The notes below the pieces were generated by a model. That model was not told the origin of the DNA and did no database searches. It worked only from the letters and a program-made list of their open reading frames with translations. A stretch of DNA of 64,000 nucleotides. Source: Chrysemys picta bellii (Eukaryota). Of the stretch, positions 52,822 through 64,000 are shown one piece after another (position 1 is the stretch's first letter; every line of letters begins with the position of its first letter). Both the position numbers and the translations under genes were made by a program. The stretch is from the NCBI RefSeq assembly GCF_011386835.1, contig NC_088795.1, positions 97,092,001 through 97,156,000 of the forward strand, given 5' to 3'.

Positions 52822-52950
52822 ACTGTAAATTACCTCCCACTTAGAAGTTATTAATTGTAAGTGGACAGGTGTCCTCATTTCATACAATCCCACCACTGTT
52901 TTTGGCTTGCCTGCTAAGATGGTCAAGGACTAAACAATCCTGGACACCAA

Positions 52951-53240
52951 GGGTTTGTCTACATAGTTCTTTACTCCATACCAAAGGGATGTACCTTTTA
53001 TTTTGTACTAGTGTGTTGCACATTAACTGGCCCATGTGGAATCTGCTGGCACACCTTGAAAGTTCCCTAGTTGGTATTCACATAGCACTGTTTGAAATAG
53101 GACTATGTTAATGCACACTAAGAAACTCTAGTGCATGCCAGCAGGGTCCACACAGGCCAGCCAATGTGTGAAGCACTAGTGTGGATTAAAATTTACACCT
53201 GTGTGTCTGGGATGGACTAAATCACAATGTAGACAAGACA
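52951..53240. mobile_element. PIF/Harbinger MITE, largely palindromic
   Basis: TIRs GGGTTTGTCTACA / TGTAGACAAGACA; inner inverted arms at about 53009-53055 and 53130-53180. Confidence 0.8.
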
Positions 53241-53927
53241 ATAAGCCATCAGTTCCTATCTCCTGGAGGTAATCACTCCAGGTCAGCAGTGAGGTACATT
53301 TACATGCATTGTAGATACCTTTACTAATCCTACTTTGTGGCTACATAGAACATTTTGGGCTCCAGTGCTGTCAATCTAGCTTTGTCCATGAGTAATCACA
53401 CACATACACAAATATTTTGTAAAATTAGAAAAAAAGAACAGGTATTCAGGAAATAAGGTTAAATAAAGTGAAGAAACAATGTCCAACAACTTTATATCAG
53501 ATAAAGAGTATTCTAATGTGTCTTACAATGAGATTGATGTATAGCAGCATGAACAATGCTCCAATACAAATGGGTGCTGTCGACCGAGAAATCAATCCTT
53601 TAGTGCATAGAAAACTGAACAGTTCTTTGAATTTCTCATACAAATACCAACATGTAACCTATCCACAACATTATTACAGCCTGCTGTGTTGTTGTTTTCC
53701 TTATTCTCATATTTGACACCACAGGAAATAAATAATTTATTGAAATAACACTTATCAACTTGCCTTTTGTTTGTTGTGGGGGGAGGAGTTACGTATCTAA
53801 ACTCTTATTGCAGTGTATGTAGTTCAAAATCCATCCAACAAATAAAACCTAAACTAGTAAATCATACATAGGTTGGTGGATTTTACCTGCTGCTTTAAAA
53901 ATCATGTTTAAGGCTTTTATTTTCAAC

Positions 53928-54479
53928 TATAGCTAGATGGAATGTTCTGTTGAAGTGTTTTGTTGATGAAAAATGCAGTTTCTGCAAAATCAAAATTTTC
54001 CAAGAGAAATGTTTTTTGCTGAAAGTTTTTGTTTTCGGGTCAACTCTGACTGAACTATAGCAGTGCATCAGGGAGTTGTGTGGCCATGATGCATTATGTC
54101 TGGTCTAGACCTGCCAGAGAGCCTAGCCCATGGAGGAGAATGAGGCATGAGAGGGCACAAGGCACCCAAAATACAGCTCCCGTGAGGCACTGCAGCAGCT
54201 TGGGCAAACACAGATTAATGTTAAACCAAGCTAAAACAAAATGTTTTGATTTGGTTCAACAAACTGAAACAAAATGTTTCAATTCACAAATGTGAATTCT
54301 TTTGATCACAAATGTCAAAACAAAGCATTTTGAGATTTCAAAATTAGTGTTTTGGAACTTTCCGTTCTTCCCCCCAGAATGTTGATATTTCAGCTCTTTG
54401 TTCTGATTAGGGCTGAAAACAAATTTTGAAATATCAGCATTTCCCCATGGCTGGAAAATCTGATTTTCAACCAGCTTTA
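53928..54479. mobile_element. hAT MITE with 8-bp TSD
   Basis: Ends TATAGCTAG / CCAGCTTTA; perfect TSD TTTTCAAC at 53920-53927 and 54480-54487. Confidence 0.85.
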
Positions 54480-54527
54480 TTTTCAACCTAGTATTGAATT
54501 TTATATATCTTACACTTCAGTTCTAAC

Positions 54528-54820
54528 CTGGGCCGGCTCCAGGCACCAGCTGAGCAAGCTCGTGCTTGGGGCGGCAGATTCCAAGGGGTGGCATTCCGGA
54601 CGTCCTTTTTTTTTCTTTTTCTTTTTGGTTTGCCGCTCTGGCCGCCCTATAGGGGGCAGCGGCGCGGAGGAGGGGAGCACCCTGCAGCAAACTTGGCAGG
54701 GCAGCCTGCATCCTTCCCTCCCAGCCGACCAGAGCGGCCTGGAGCCCTCCTGGCAGGTGGCATGGTGGGAGGGGCCATGTGGTGAGTGCCCCGCTGAAGC
54801 CCTGGCTGCCCCCCTTCTCT
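54528..54820 (+). mobile_element. GC-rich hAT-like MITE (C[A/T]GGGCCGGCTCC end), right end missing
   Basis: CTGGGCCGGCTCCAGGCACCAG...GTGCTTGGGGCGGC left end; CpG-rich. Confidence 0.7.
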
Positions 54821-56741
54821 AATGAAGATTAGACAGATTCAAATATTTGGCTAAGCACTTGAAGTCAGTGGCTCTGAAGGTCTCTTAACACTTCACAGGA
54901 GTGCTCAGCCCCTTGCAGGATTGGGTCTAACAATCTATAGGCAGTTTCAATATTTTTCAGGTACCCCCTCTCAGTCACATGGGTCAGGTTTCTCAGTACC
55001 AATCCGCCACTAGTTAAGATAGCTTTTAAACAGTATTCTATTCACACACTGGAACTTTCCACAATGGGCTACATTTATATATTGTCCTCTAGATGACAGT
55101 GAAGGTAAATTCCTCTTCATCTAATTAAAGAGATATTTAATTTACCCCCTTTCCTCTACACAAATAACAAAGCCCTGATTAATCAGCTGTACAGCAAGAG
55201 TAAACACTCTGCTTCACTTAATTAAAAATTAAATTCCTCTTGAGGGATGATTACAGCAGGGAGCTGGTATATGCCTTTGCTAAATAGGTGTTTCTTCCAT
55301 GACACAGTTAGAGGTAGACCACTGGGAACTCTGTATCAATATAAACAGAAATTTGTTCAGACATTCAATTAGGACTCTACACATGTTCATCCTCCTCTGA
55401 GAAGAGGTGTGCATAGAAAGGCCAAGGGAACTTTCAAGAATTTGGAGGTTAGAGTTGTGTTATTTGGTACATGATACATTTGATGTATTTGCATGGCATT
55501 TGATGCCCTTTAAATGAATATTTGTAATGTCAATACTTTAAAAAAGAGTGAATTTTGCACAAAGGTACTGCTCAAGGTTTTGCATGCTTCTGTGTGGGAT
55601 GTTTTCAGTTTCCTCTCCCCCACCCACCCCCCCACACACAAATCAAAATCTAACAAACTTAATTAAGAAAATATTGAACAAGAATTTTCATCAATATCTT
55701 TTCTTCTCCATTTCCCTCCCTCTGATAAAATTTGGATCACAGGGTACTTTTTCTTTTCCTTTTATCCTCTCCTTGGCAACTAGATCATCATTAGCTCTGC
55801 GCAGTTGCACATGGGCGTACCTTGGTATAAGATACCCCCTTAATCTTTTGTGCAGGCTACACATTATCCCATGGTTTGTAACATGGGAAAGAGCAGGCTC
55901 TGTGGAGCCGCTACTTCCCCACCTCCATGCAGGTGGGTGAGGCAGGGTAGGGACTGGACTGGACTGGACTTAGCTCCACCCCCTCTCTGCCCCAGCCAGC
56001 ATAGGCTGTGGTAGCAGAGTGGGTGATATACACTGCACTGGGTACAGGTGCACTTCCTCCTCAGTACAGTGAGGAGATAGAGCGTAACACTCTGCTACAC
56101 TGGGGCAACAAAACCATGTACTTCCTCTTGCTCAGGTAACAGTCTAACTAGTCCCTTGGAGAACACAGAGGGGAATAACCTGCTCCCTTAGAACTAAAAA
56201 TCTGATTTTGGGATTATTTTTCCCTAGATAACAAGAGTGGGAATTCACGTGCAAACTGGCAATTTTAACTTCAATGCTAAGCTGAGGACTCTTGTAAAAC
56301 ATCCCTGTTGGCTAAACATCTTGGGTTCCAGGCATGTAAAATGTGAGCATTCTGTGAATTAGTAGTACAATATCAGGATTATTATTTATTTTCTCAAGAA
56401 CTATACATGCAAGGTAAATAGACCATAGCAATATCATTACACACATTCCTACACTCACTTTAGAGACAATCAATATCAATTATCAAATTCTCAGCAGGAG
56501 AGAATGGTGGTGAAATTGCCCATAAAACAAATTTACAAAGTCAACCCAGTACTTTCTATGTACCCTTTTATTTTTAAAAATGTATAATTGTTTCAAAGGA
56601 TCTTTTATCTTAATGATCATAAAATTGCCTATGTGTAACATCACGGACATCCATTGTACCTTATTATATTTCATGGAAATAATGAAGGTAATTGGATTCT
56701 TATTTTAATGAAGGTTTTTGGTTTTTTATTCCATTGTATTC

Positions 56742-56830
56742 TTAGACTGTAATCTGTTTGAGGCAGGATCATTCTCTTGTATTTGTCTGCCAAGTACATA
56801 CAAACATCAATGTCCCTCATTAAAATAAAA
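56742..56830 (+). mobile_element. L2-like 3' tail
   Basis: TTAGACTGTAATCTGTTTGAGGCAGGA...TGTATTTG...AAAATAAAAT. Confidence 0.55.
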
Positions 56831-57459
56831 TGGCATCCATCTTGATTAGCCCAACAGTAAACGTTTCAAATGCCAATTACAGTTAAATAGCATAGGCAGA
56901 GATCATCCTCACCTGCAGGAATATCAAATGGAGAGTCTGGTGGAAGAAAGCCTTCACGGAGATTTCTCCAATTCATTCTGTCATGTGGGTGAAGGTGCTT
57001 CCCATCCTCCCCTCCCCCTTCCGAATATATGACAGATCTGCTGCCAAACCTTTCACATTTCCGAAGAGCCCTCACACCCCTGGAGATAGCACAGCTCCAA
57101 AAAAACATTTTTAAATCCAACCCTGCCAGTGACTCACGAGACAGTAGCTGTTCTCAGAACACTGGGGGTTCCCAGGTACTGAGGGTATGTCTACACTGAA
57201 ATGTAAGCCTAGGTCTGTGGGACTACAGCCCTCAGATCTGGTATTTCTAAGACCACATTTCACTATATAGTCTTGAGTCAAACCAGCCTATCCGAGGCTT
57301 CCTAGTGCCCTACTCAACTGTAGCAGCTCTAGCCCTTGGTTCATGATGCACTATGGGAAAACTTGATTATCCATCCCATGGCACTTTACTGAAAGTTATC
57401 TCAGCCCACCAACACATCCAGCCAAGCCAGCTTTTTGGGTCGATATACTCCAAGCAACT

Positions 57460-58660
57460 GGAGCCAGCAGCATGGAAGAGGCACAATTTAAGGAACTTGT
57501 CCTCCTTGTGCTTTCTCTTCTTTTCCAGAAACAGGCAGAGCACCCATGAGACACTTTTGGATATTTCAGTGGCGTTTTATGACCTACCTAAGGCACCTAT
57601 CAGAGGAGGAGGATACAGACATGGCAGACTCCAACTGGCTAATGTGGCTCATGACTCTCAGTATAGCCGCTGATGTCTCGTATGTAGACCGGTGCTTCTG
57701 GAGCTAGGCCACAAGCACAGAGTGGTAGGATCACATCATCATGCAGACCTGGGACAACCAGCATGAGTCCACAACTTCGGCATGAATAAAGCAGTGTTTC
57801 TGAAGCTTTGTGAAGAGCTTGCTCTGACCTCCAGCATCTGAACACATGCATGAGGGAGGCCATGCTGGTCTGGAAGTGGGCTGGTATAACTGGAAGCTGG
57901 GCACTGCTGACTGCTGCATGTCCATTGCTAACCAGTTTGGTGTTGGCAAGTCAACAGTGGGGCTGTGGTGGCAGAGGTTTCTAGGGCAAAAGGCATGTGA
58001 TTTACCCAACGGAGGTGGGTATAAACAATGTCCCTGAAATAATTGGCAATTTTGAGCAAATGAGGTTTCCTTACTGCACCAGAGGCCGATTTATGGATGC
58101 CAGCATGGGCTTCACTGCAAAGGTGCCATGGTTTTCTGCCGATCGGGAGTCTACAGTCATGGACAGGCTAGGATGCTTTTCCCACTGAATGACATTGTCA
58201 TAAATGCAGTAACTGTCCCCACAGTTATTCTAGGAGACCCATGTATTCCCTTTTGTCTTGGATTATTTAACCATACCCTGATCTCAGAGGGCCAGGCAAA
58301 AGAAGGTTGAATTACCCTGTTAGCAGGTGTAGAATGGTAGCTGAATGTGCATTTGGCAGATTGAAAGCCCGCTGGTGCTGTTTTACAGAATCATTTGGAT
58401 TCCGGTGTTATCAATGCTGTCCACATTATTGTGGCTTGCTGTGCTTTTCACAATTTCTGGGAAGCCAAAGTTGAGCATATTCCTCCAGAGTGAAGCCGTG
58501 ACATTAATGGTTTGCTGAACTAACACACTCCACCATAAAATGCACCTGTCATAACGAGAGGAGGATGCACAAGTGCAACAGAAATCAGGGATACTTTGTG
58601 TGCCCACATTATGGACTTGCTTGGACCAATGGAAGAAGGAGAATGGTTCATATATGAATG
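57460..58660 (+). pseudogene. Harbinger DDE transposase pseudogene
   Basis: Across stops and frameshifts: VDRCFWS*ATSTEW*DHIIMQTWD, WKLGTADCCMSIANQFGVGKSTVG, RGRFMD, ILGDP, SRCRMVAECAFGRLKARW, IIVACCAFHN. Confidence 0.92.
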
Positions 58661-58841
58661 CATCTGTGATATCAGCTGCAATATCAATAGTAAATGAAGT
58701 GCTATCACTGTATGCTATGCATGGGGGGGCAATGACTGTAATCAGTTTTTAGGTATGGATTACGTGACTGTTTATACTATGTTTTTTTTAACTTGTGGAT
58801 AACAACTGTGGATTTTAATTATGGATCTGAAAAGATGCATC

Positions 58842-59010
58842 AAGAGAGATAAGGTGGGTGAGGTAATATTTTATTGGACCAATTTCTGTTGGTAAAAGAG
58901 ACACGCTGTGTAGCTTGAAAGCTTGTCTCTTTCACCCATTGAAAAAGGTATTACCTCATCCACCTTGTTGCTCTCATATCCTCGGATCAACACGGCTACA
59001 ACAACATTGC
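58842..59010. mobile_element. Penelope-like inverted terminal remnant (second family) nested in the Harbinger
   Basis: GAGAGATAAGGTGGGTGAGGTAATA (58844-58868) is inverted as TATTACCTCATCCACCTTGTTGCTCTC (58949-58975); ends CAACACGGCTACAACAACA; GAAAGCTTGTC hammerhead half at 58917-58927. Confidence 0.8.
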
Positions 59011-59299
59011 CAACACAATATATTGAGACATCTTATTTGCATAAAACTTCCCAGTTATGCCTTATGATAGCTTTACCTTTATTCTATAACATACATTTGT
59101 TGTATGACGTGATGTAATGATGGTAATAAACTTTCATAATGAATTCAAAGACTTTATTCGTTAACGTGGTTGTATTACAAAATGACAGTATTAAAAAACT
59201 GACAGGCTGGCCAGCTGCTATAAAAAGAACAAACCAGAAACAAAATAAAGTTCATAACACAAACATTTAACAGTACAAAATAGTGAAACCAGTGTAGAA

Positions 59300-59900
59300 A
59301 AAAAGGAAACTCTCCTACTCCTGGGTGTCCCCGTCCCCTATTCTCCTTTCTCACTCGGCGCTGCTGCATGGAGATGAAGGATTGCACGGGGATGGAAGAC
59401 TGCATTGGGTACATTTGCCCAGTCCAAATAATGTTCAGTCCTGGTTGCATAGGATGCCCACCCATAGAATTGTCCAGTGGGTTCCTGATCTTCAGGACAT
59501 GGTACCATGGAGCTCACTCAGGACATGGTGCTGGCGCAGAAGGTGAGAGTGGACCAGGAGCCTGTACTCTCACAGCCATTAGTATACGCAGCCTCTCAAA
59601 CAGGTTTCTGCTGCACTCTGTCTTCCTCCCTCAAGCAACATTTCTTGCTCAAGAAACTGCTACAAGTCTCTCATCACACTCTGCAGCCTCTCTGTCTTTC
59701 AACTTGCATTGAATCCTTCTGCCTTTGGTACTGTAACTGTTGGTCGGCCCTCTTCACACTTCCTCTTTGACCACACCATTATAGTGCAACACCCCAAACT
59801 CCTGCTGGATTGTGGCTGGGCTGCAGAGAGGAAAGAGCCTGAAAATAGAAATGGAACAGTACAGTATTGTCTCAGTATTTCTGAAAAGGTTCACTACATC
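59300..59900 (-). pseudogene. possible remnant of the Harbinger accessory (ORF1) gene
   Basis: Frameshifted charged, coiled-coil-like peptides (DQQLQYQRQKDSMQVERQ, KDREAAECDERL, REEDRVQQ, LFERLRILMA) convergent on the transposase; no Myb/SANT domain recognised. Confidence 0.35.
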
Positions 59901-60689
59901 AGCAGCAGAAGTGCCTTTAGAATCTCAAGGCCAAACAATGATACTTTGTAAAATTCTGCTTCAATATATTCTCAGAGTAACAGTTAAGTTCCCAGATATG
60001 CTTTGGATACAATTGAGAGATAAACAGAGTATAAATCCTTCACACATAATTTTAGAATGAAAATTATAAATGATGTAGCTTTAAAAATTAGAGACCATTT
60101 CAGTTTTTTGAGGGCAGGGGGTGGTAGCACTTGCTGGGGTTTACTACCTATGGCTTCACAGTCCTTTCAGGCATACAACATTCTGGAGGACATAATAATT
60201 CTGGAGATTCCTGAATGGCAAAGGGATATTCTAGCCCACAATACTGGAGGCAAGCCAGCTGTGTATGCTGAATAGGTTTTCAAGCTTATGGTGACTGAGC
60301 AACACATCTATGAGTGGAGTGGGCTGCTGACCTACAGAGGAGGACCCGGAAAGTATGCCCTTCCCTAACTACGCCCATCTGCAGTTCTGACTATGGGAAA
60401 AGTTTGCAGCTATTAGCACATTGTATCAAATTAATGAGGGAATCACCAGGATGCTGCACTAGCTTATAGATTGGAGAAGCAGCCACAGAAAGTGAGAAGG
60501 ATCGGTCCTGTAGCCCTGGGTCCTTACTTACCGCTTGTATGTCAACCACAAAAAGATCAGTTAATCAGACTTCCTGCTGATGCAGTGACTTCCACCCTTA
60601 ACATGACGTATACTGTGTTTTCAGACACTGAATATAGGATTGTCATGAACTGTGTATTTTATCAGTGATTTCTTGTCTTCAAAAGTGAA

Positions 60690-60788
60690 GGGCCTGATTC
60701 TCCACTGCCTCATTCCTGTTTTATTCCAATGTAACTCCAGTAATCTTAGTGGAAATATACTGGAATAAAGCAGTGGGGAAACATGCCT
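60690..60788. mobile_element. short GGGCC-type MITE
   Basis: GGGCCTGATTCTCCACTGC ... GCAGTGGGGAAACATGCCT imperfect TIRs. Confidence 0.65.
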
Positions 60789-61730
60789 CAAGACTTTAAT
60801 GCATTGTACCCCTTCCTATCTACTACTTTTCAAGGTGATTATACATATCCCACTTTGACATCACTATAACACTGTGCTTTCCAGGTTTGTCCATAAAAAG
60901 TACAAAGGCATCCATCATTTCCCAAGGCACTGCCAACTTGAAAGTGTCATGTTTGTACTTTTGAATGTGCAATATATAATTTCTCTACATTTGGTTCTTT
61001 AAAAGCCCCATCCTTAATCCTTTATCTCTAATTTAGACAACTAATTGCTTCAGACAAATTACACCATTCCCTTTCATATTTCCCTATATGCTAAATGCTG
61101 ATAAGTAACCTCCATTTATCAATGATATTCAGCTTTACATTAATTATATTTCAAGGCACACACAAATCATTGTGCAGTACACGCTTTAGTGATGCACAAA
61201 TGAACCACATATTAAATATGAAGCAAATATGAAGTATTTAACTGAAACTGAGTGAAATACTGAATCCTGAGCAGAGATGAAAATAATCCATTCAAATTAA
61301 TTCTGGTATTTTTAATTACTGTTATTTTTACTTCAGTTGACTCTCAAAAGTTACACTTTTTGAACTACAGCAACTGGATTAAAGATTTGAATGTATGGGG
61401 CCTACCTGAATCCTTCTGAATAGCCACAGTTATCCTGTGATTTGTAATGCTCTGCTCTCTCCTCTGTTAAAACCAGAAATTGTTTTTAATATGAAAATCA
61501 GTAGTTTACTAATGCCTGTTAGAACTTTATTTCATTTCTTTATATGTGCTATATTGCATTCATTTAACTGGCTTCCTGTACCATAAAAATTAAGGATAAC
61601 ATTTTTCTTAGTCTGATTATAATTAGGATGGCAATTGAAGGGAAATGGAAACTATTGCAAACACAATATTATTTTGGATATATTTGTAAGTTTAAACCCT
61701 GGCATTTAATAAGCAATTTGAGAGTAAGTT

Positions 61731-63770
61731 AAACATACATACGAACATAAGAACGGCCTTCCTGGGTCAGACCAAAGGTCCATCTAGCCCAGTATCCTGT
61801 CTACTGACAGTGGCCGATGCCAGGTGCCCCAGAGGGAGTGAACCTAACAGGTAATGATCAAGTGATCTCTCTCCTGCCATCCATCTCCACCCTCTGACAA
61901 ACAGAGGCTAGGGACACCATTCCTTACCCATCCTGGCTAATAGCCATTAATGGACTTAACCACCATGAATTTATCCAGTTCTCTTTTAAAGGCTGTTATA
62001 GTCCTAGCCTTCACAACCTCCTCAGGTAAGGAGTTCCACAAGCTGACTGTGCACTGTGTGAAGAAGAACTTCCTTTTATTTGTTTTAAACCTGCTGCCTA
62101 TTAATTTCATTTGGTGACCCCTAGTTCTTGTATTATGGGAATAAGTAAATAACTTTTGCTTATCTACTTTCTCCACATCACTCATAATTTTATATACCTC
62201 TATCATATCCCCCCTTAGTCTCCTCTTTTCCAAGCTGAAAAGTCCTAGCCTCGTTAATCTTTCCTCTTATGGGACCCGTTCCAAACCCCTAATCATTTTA
62301 GTTGCCCTACCCTGAACCTTTTCTAGTGCCAGTATATCTTTTTTGAGATTAGGAGACCACAGCTGTACGCAGTATTCAAGATGTGAGCGTACCATCGATT
62401 TATATAAGGGCAATAATATATTCTCCGTCTTATTCTCTATCCCCTTTTTAATGATTTCTAACATCCTGTTTGCTTTTTTGACCGCACACTGTGTGGACGT
62501 CTTCAGAGAACTATCCACGATGACTCCAAGATCTTTTTCCTGATTTGTTGTAGCTAAATTAGCCCCCATCATATTGTATGTATAGTTGGGGTTATTTTTC
62601 CCAGTGTGCATTACTTTACATTTATCCACATTAAATTTCATTTGCCATTTTGTTGCCCAATCACTTAGTTTTGTGAGATCTTTTTGAAGTTCTTCACAGT
62701 CTGCTTTGGTCTTAATTATCTTGAGCTGTTTAGTATCCTCTGCAAACTTTGCCACCTCACTTTTTACCCCTTTCTCCAGATCATTTATGAATAAGTTGAT
62801 TAGGATTTGTCTTAGGACTGACCCTTGGGGAACACCACTAGTTACCCCTCTCCATTCCGAGAATTTACCATTAATTCCTATCCTTTGTTCCCTGTCTTTT
62901 AATCAGTTCTCAATCCATGAAAGGACCTTCCCTTTTATCCTATGACAACTTAATTTACATAAGAGCCTTTGGTGAGGGACCTTGTCAAAGGCTTTCTGGA
63001 AATCTAAGTACACTTTGTCCACTGGATCCCCCTTGTCCACATGTTTGATGACCCCTTCAAAGAACTCTAATAGATTAGTAAAATACAATTTCCCTTTAGA
63101 GAAACCATATTGACTTTTGCCCAACAGTTTATGTTCTTCTTTGTGTCTGACCATTTTATTCTTTACTATTGTTTCGACTAATTTGCCGAGTACCGACATT
63201 AGACTTACCGGTCTGTAATTGCCAGAATCACCTCTAGAGCCCTTTTTAAATATTGGCATTACATTAGCTATCTTCTAGTCATTGGGTACAGAAGCTGATT
63301 TAAAGGACAGGTTACAAACCCTAGTTAATCCGCAATTTCACATTTGAGTTCTTTCAGAACTCTTGGGTGAATGCCATCTGGTCCCGGTGACTTGTTAATG
63401 TTAAGTTTATCAATTCCAAAACCACCTCTAGTGACACTTCAATCTGTGACAGTTCCTCAGATTTGTCAGCTACAAAAGCCAGCTCAGGTTTGGGAATCTC
63501 CCTAACATCCTCCGCCATGAAGACTGAAGCAAAGAATTAGTTTAGTTTCTCCGCAATGACTTTATCGTCTTTAAGCGCTCCTTTTGTATCTCAATCATCG
63601 AGGGACCCCACTGGTTGTTTAGCAGGCTTCCTGCTTTTGATGTACTTAAACATTTTGTTATTACCTTTTGAGTTTTTAGCTAGCCGTTCTTCAAACTCCT
63701 CTTTGGGTTTTCTTATTACATTTTTACACTTAATTTGGCAGTGTTTATGCTCCTTTCTATTTACCTAGCT
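61731..63770 (-). mobile_element. CR1 LINE (CTTATG-type tail subfamily), 5'-truncated, frameshifted RT
   Basis: Minus frames give [64 protein letters not shown]; tail AACATACATACGAACATAAGAAC on plus. Confidence 0.96.
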
Positions 63771-64000
63771 AGATTCTGCAGATAACACCTGTGTCCTTCC
63801 ATTTCTGTGCAAGACCTCATTAGCCACACATGGATCTTGGTTCCTTTTCTACTTAAGTAAATTTAGCACTGTGAAGAAGCACTACAAGGTGGGCATTTCA
63901 TATTAATGAACTCTCTTCTCCCCATGGTACATTCTTCCTATTTGAGAAGATTTAAAATTGACCCTTTGCCAGGAATATATATATGTTACATAAGATAGTA

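Larger units (their letters stand above)
57183..60330 (+). mobile_element. decayed autonomous-type PIF/Harbinger transposon; right boundary approximate
   Basis: Left TIR GGGTATGTCTACACT after TGA; transposase remnant on plus; possible second-gene remnant on minus; right TIR not found. Confidence 0.8.

Noticed and set aside
52462-52926. 154-aa minus ORF and overlapping ORFs
   Set aside because: Coincide with a GC-richer MITE; several frames open, typical of stop-poor repeats.
54528-54820. CpG island or promoter
   Set aside because: Short, and explained by a GC-rich MITE.
60330-60362. AAGTATGCCCT as the Harbinger right TIR
   Set aside because: Does not match the expected AGTGTAGACATACCC well enough.

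Overview
AT-rich, CpG-poor vertebrate genomic DNA. It is most likely a turtle: this is inferred from the repeat families (CR1 LINEs with two tail types, Penelope-like elements with hammerhead-type termini, GTCTACAC-TIR PIF/Harbinger elements, CAGTGG-TIR hAT MITEs), not from a search. No host protein-coding gene could be identified by name. The window looks intronic or intergenic and is dense in transposons. Contents: a young 5'-truncated CR1 with an unbroken 651-codon ORF2 remnant (1383-3446), several older CR1 pieces, four Penelope-like insertions, a decayed autonomous-type Harbinger with its MITEs, hAT MITEs with 8-bp TSDs, two solo LTRs with 5-bp TSD-like flanks, MIR-like SINEs and L2 tails. 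Several isolated candidate exons have good splice signals but are unverified. I did not find a convincing new biological system. The least-explained signals are a 34-bp inverted repeat pair about 950 bp apart (34437/35450), Penelope insertions with clear 12-16 bp target duplications showing terminal microhomology, and a set of minus-strand candidate exons.
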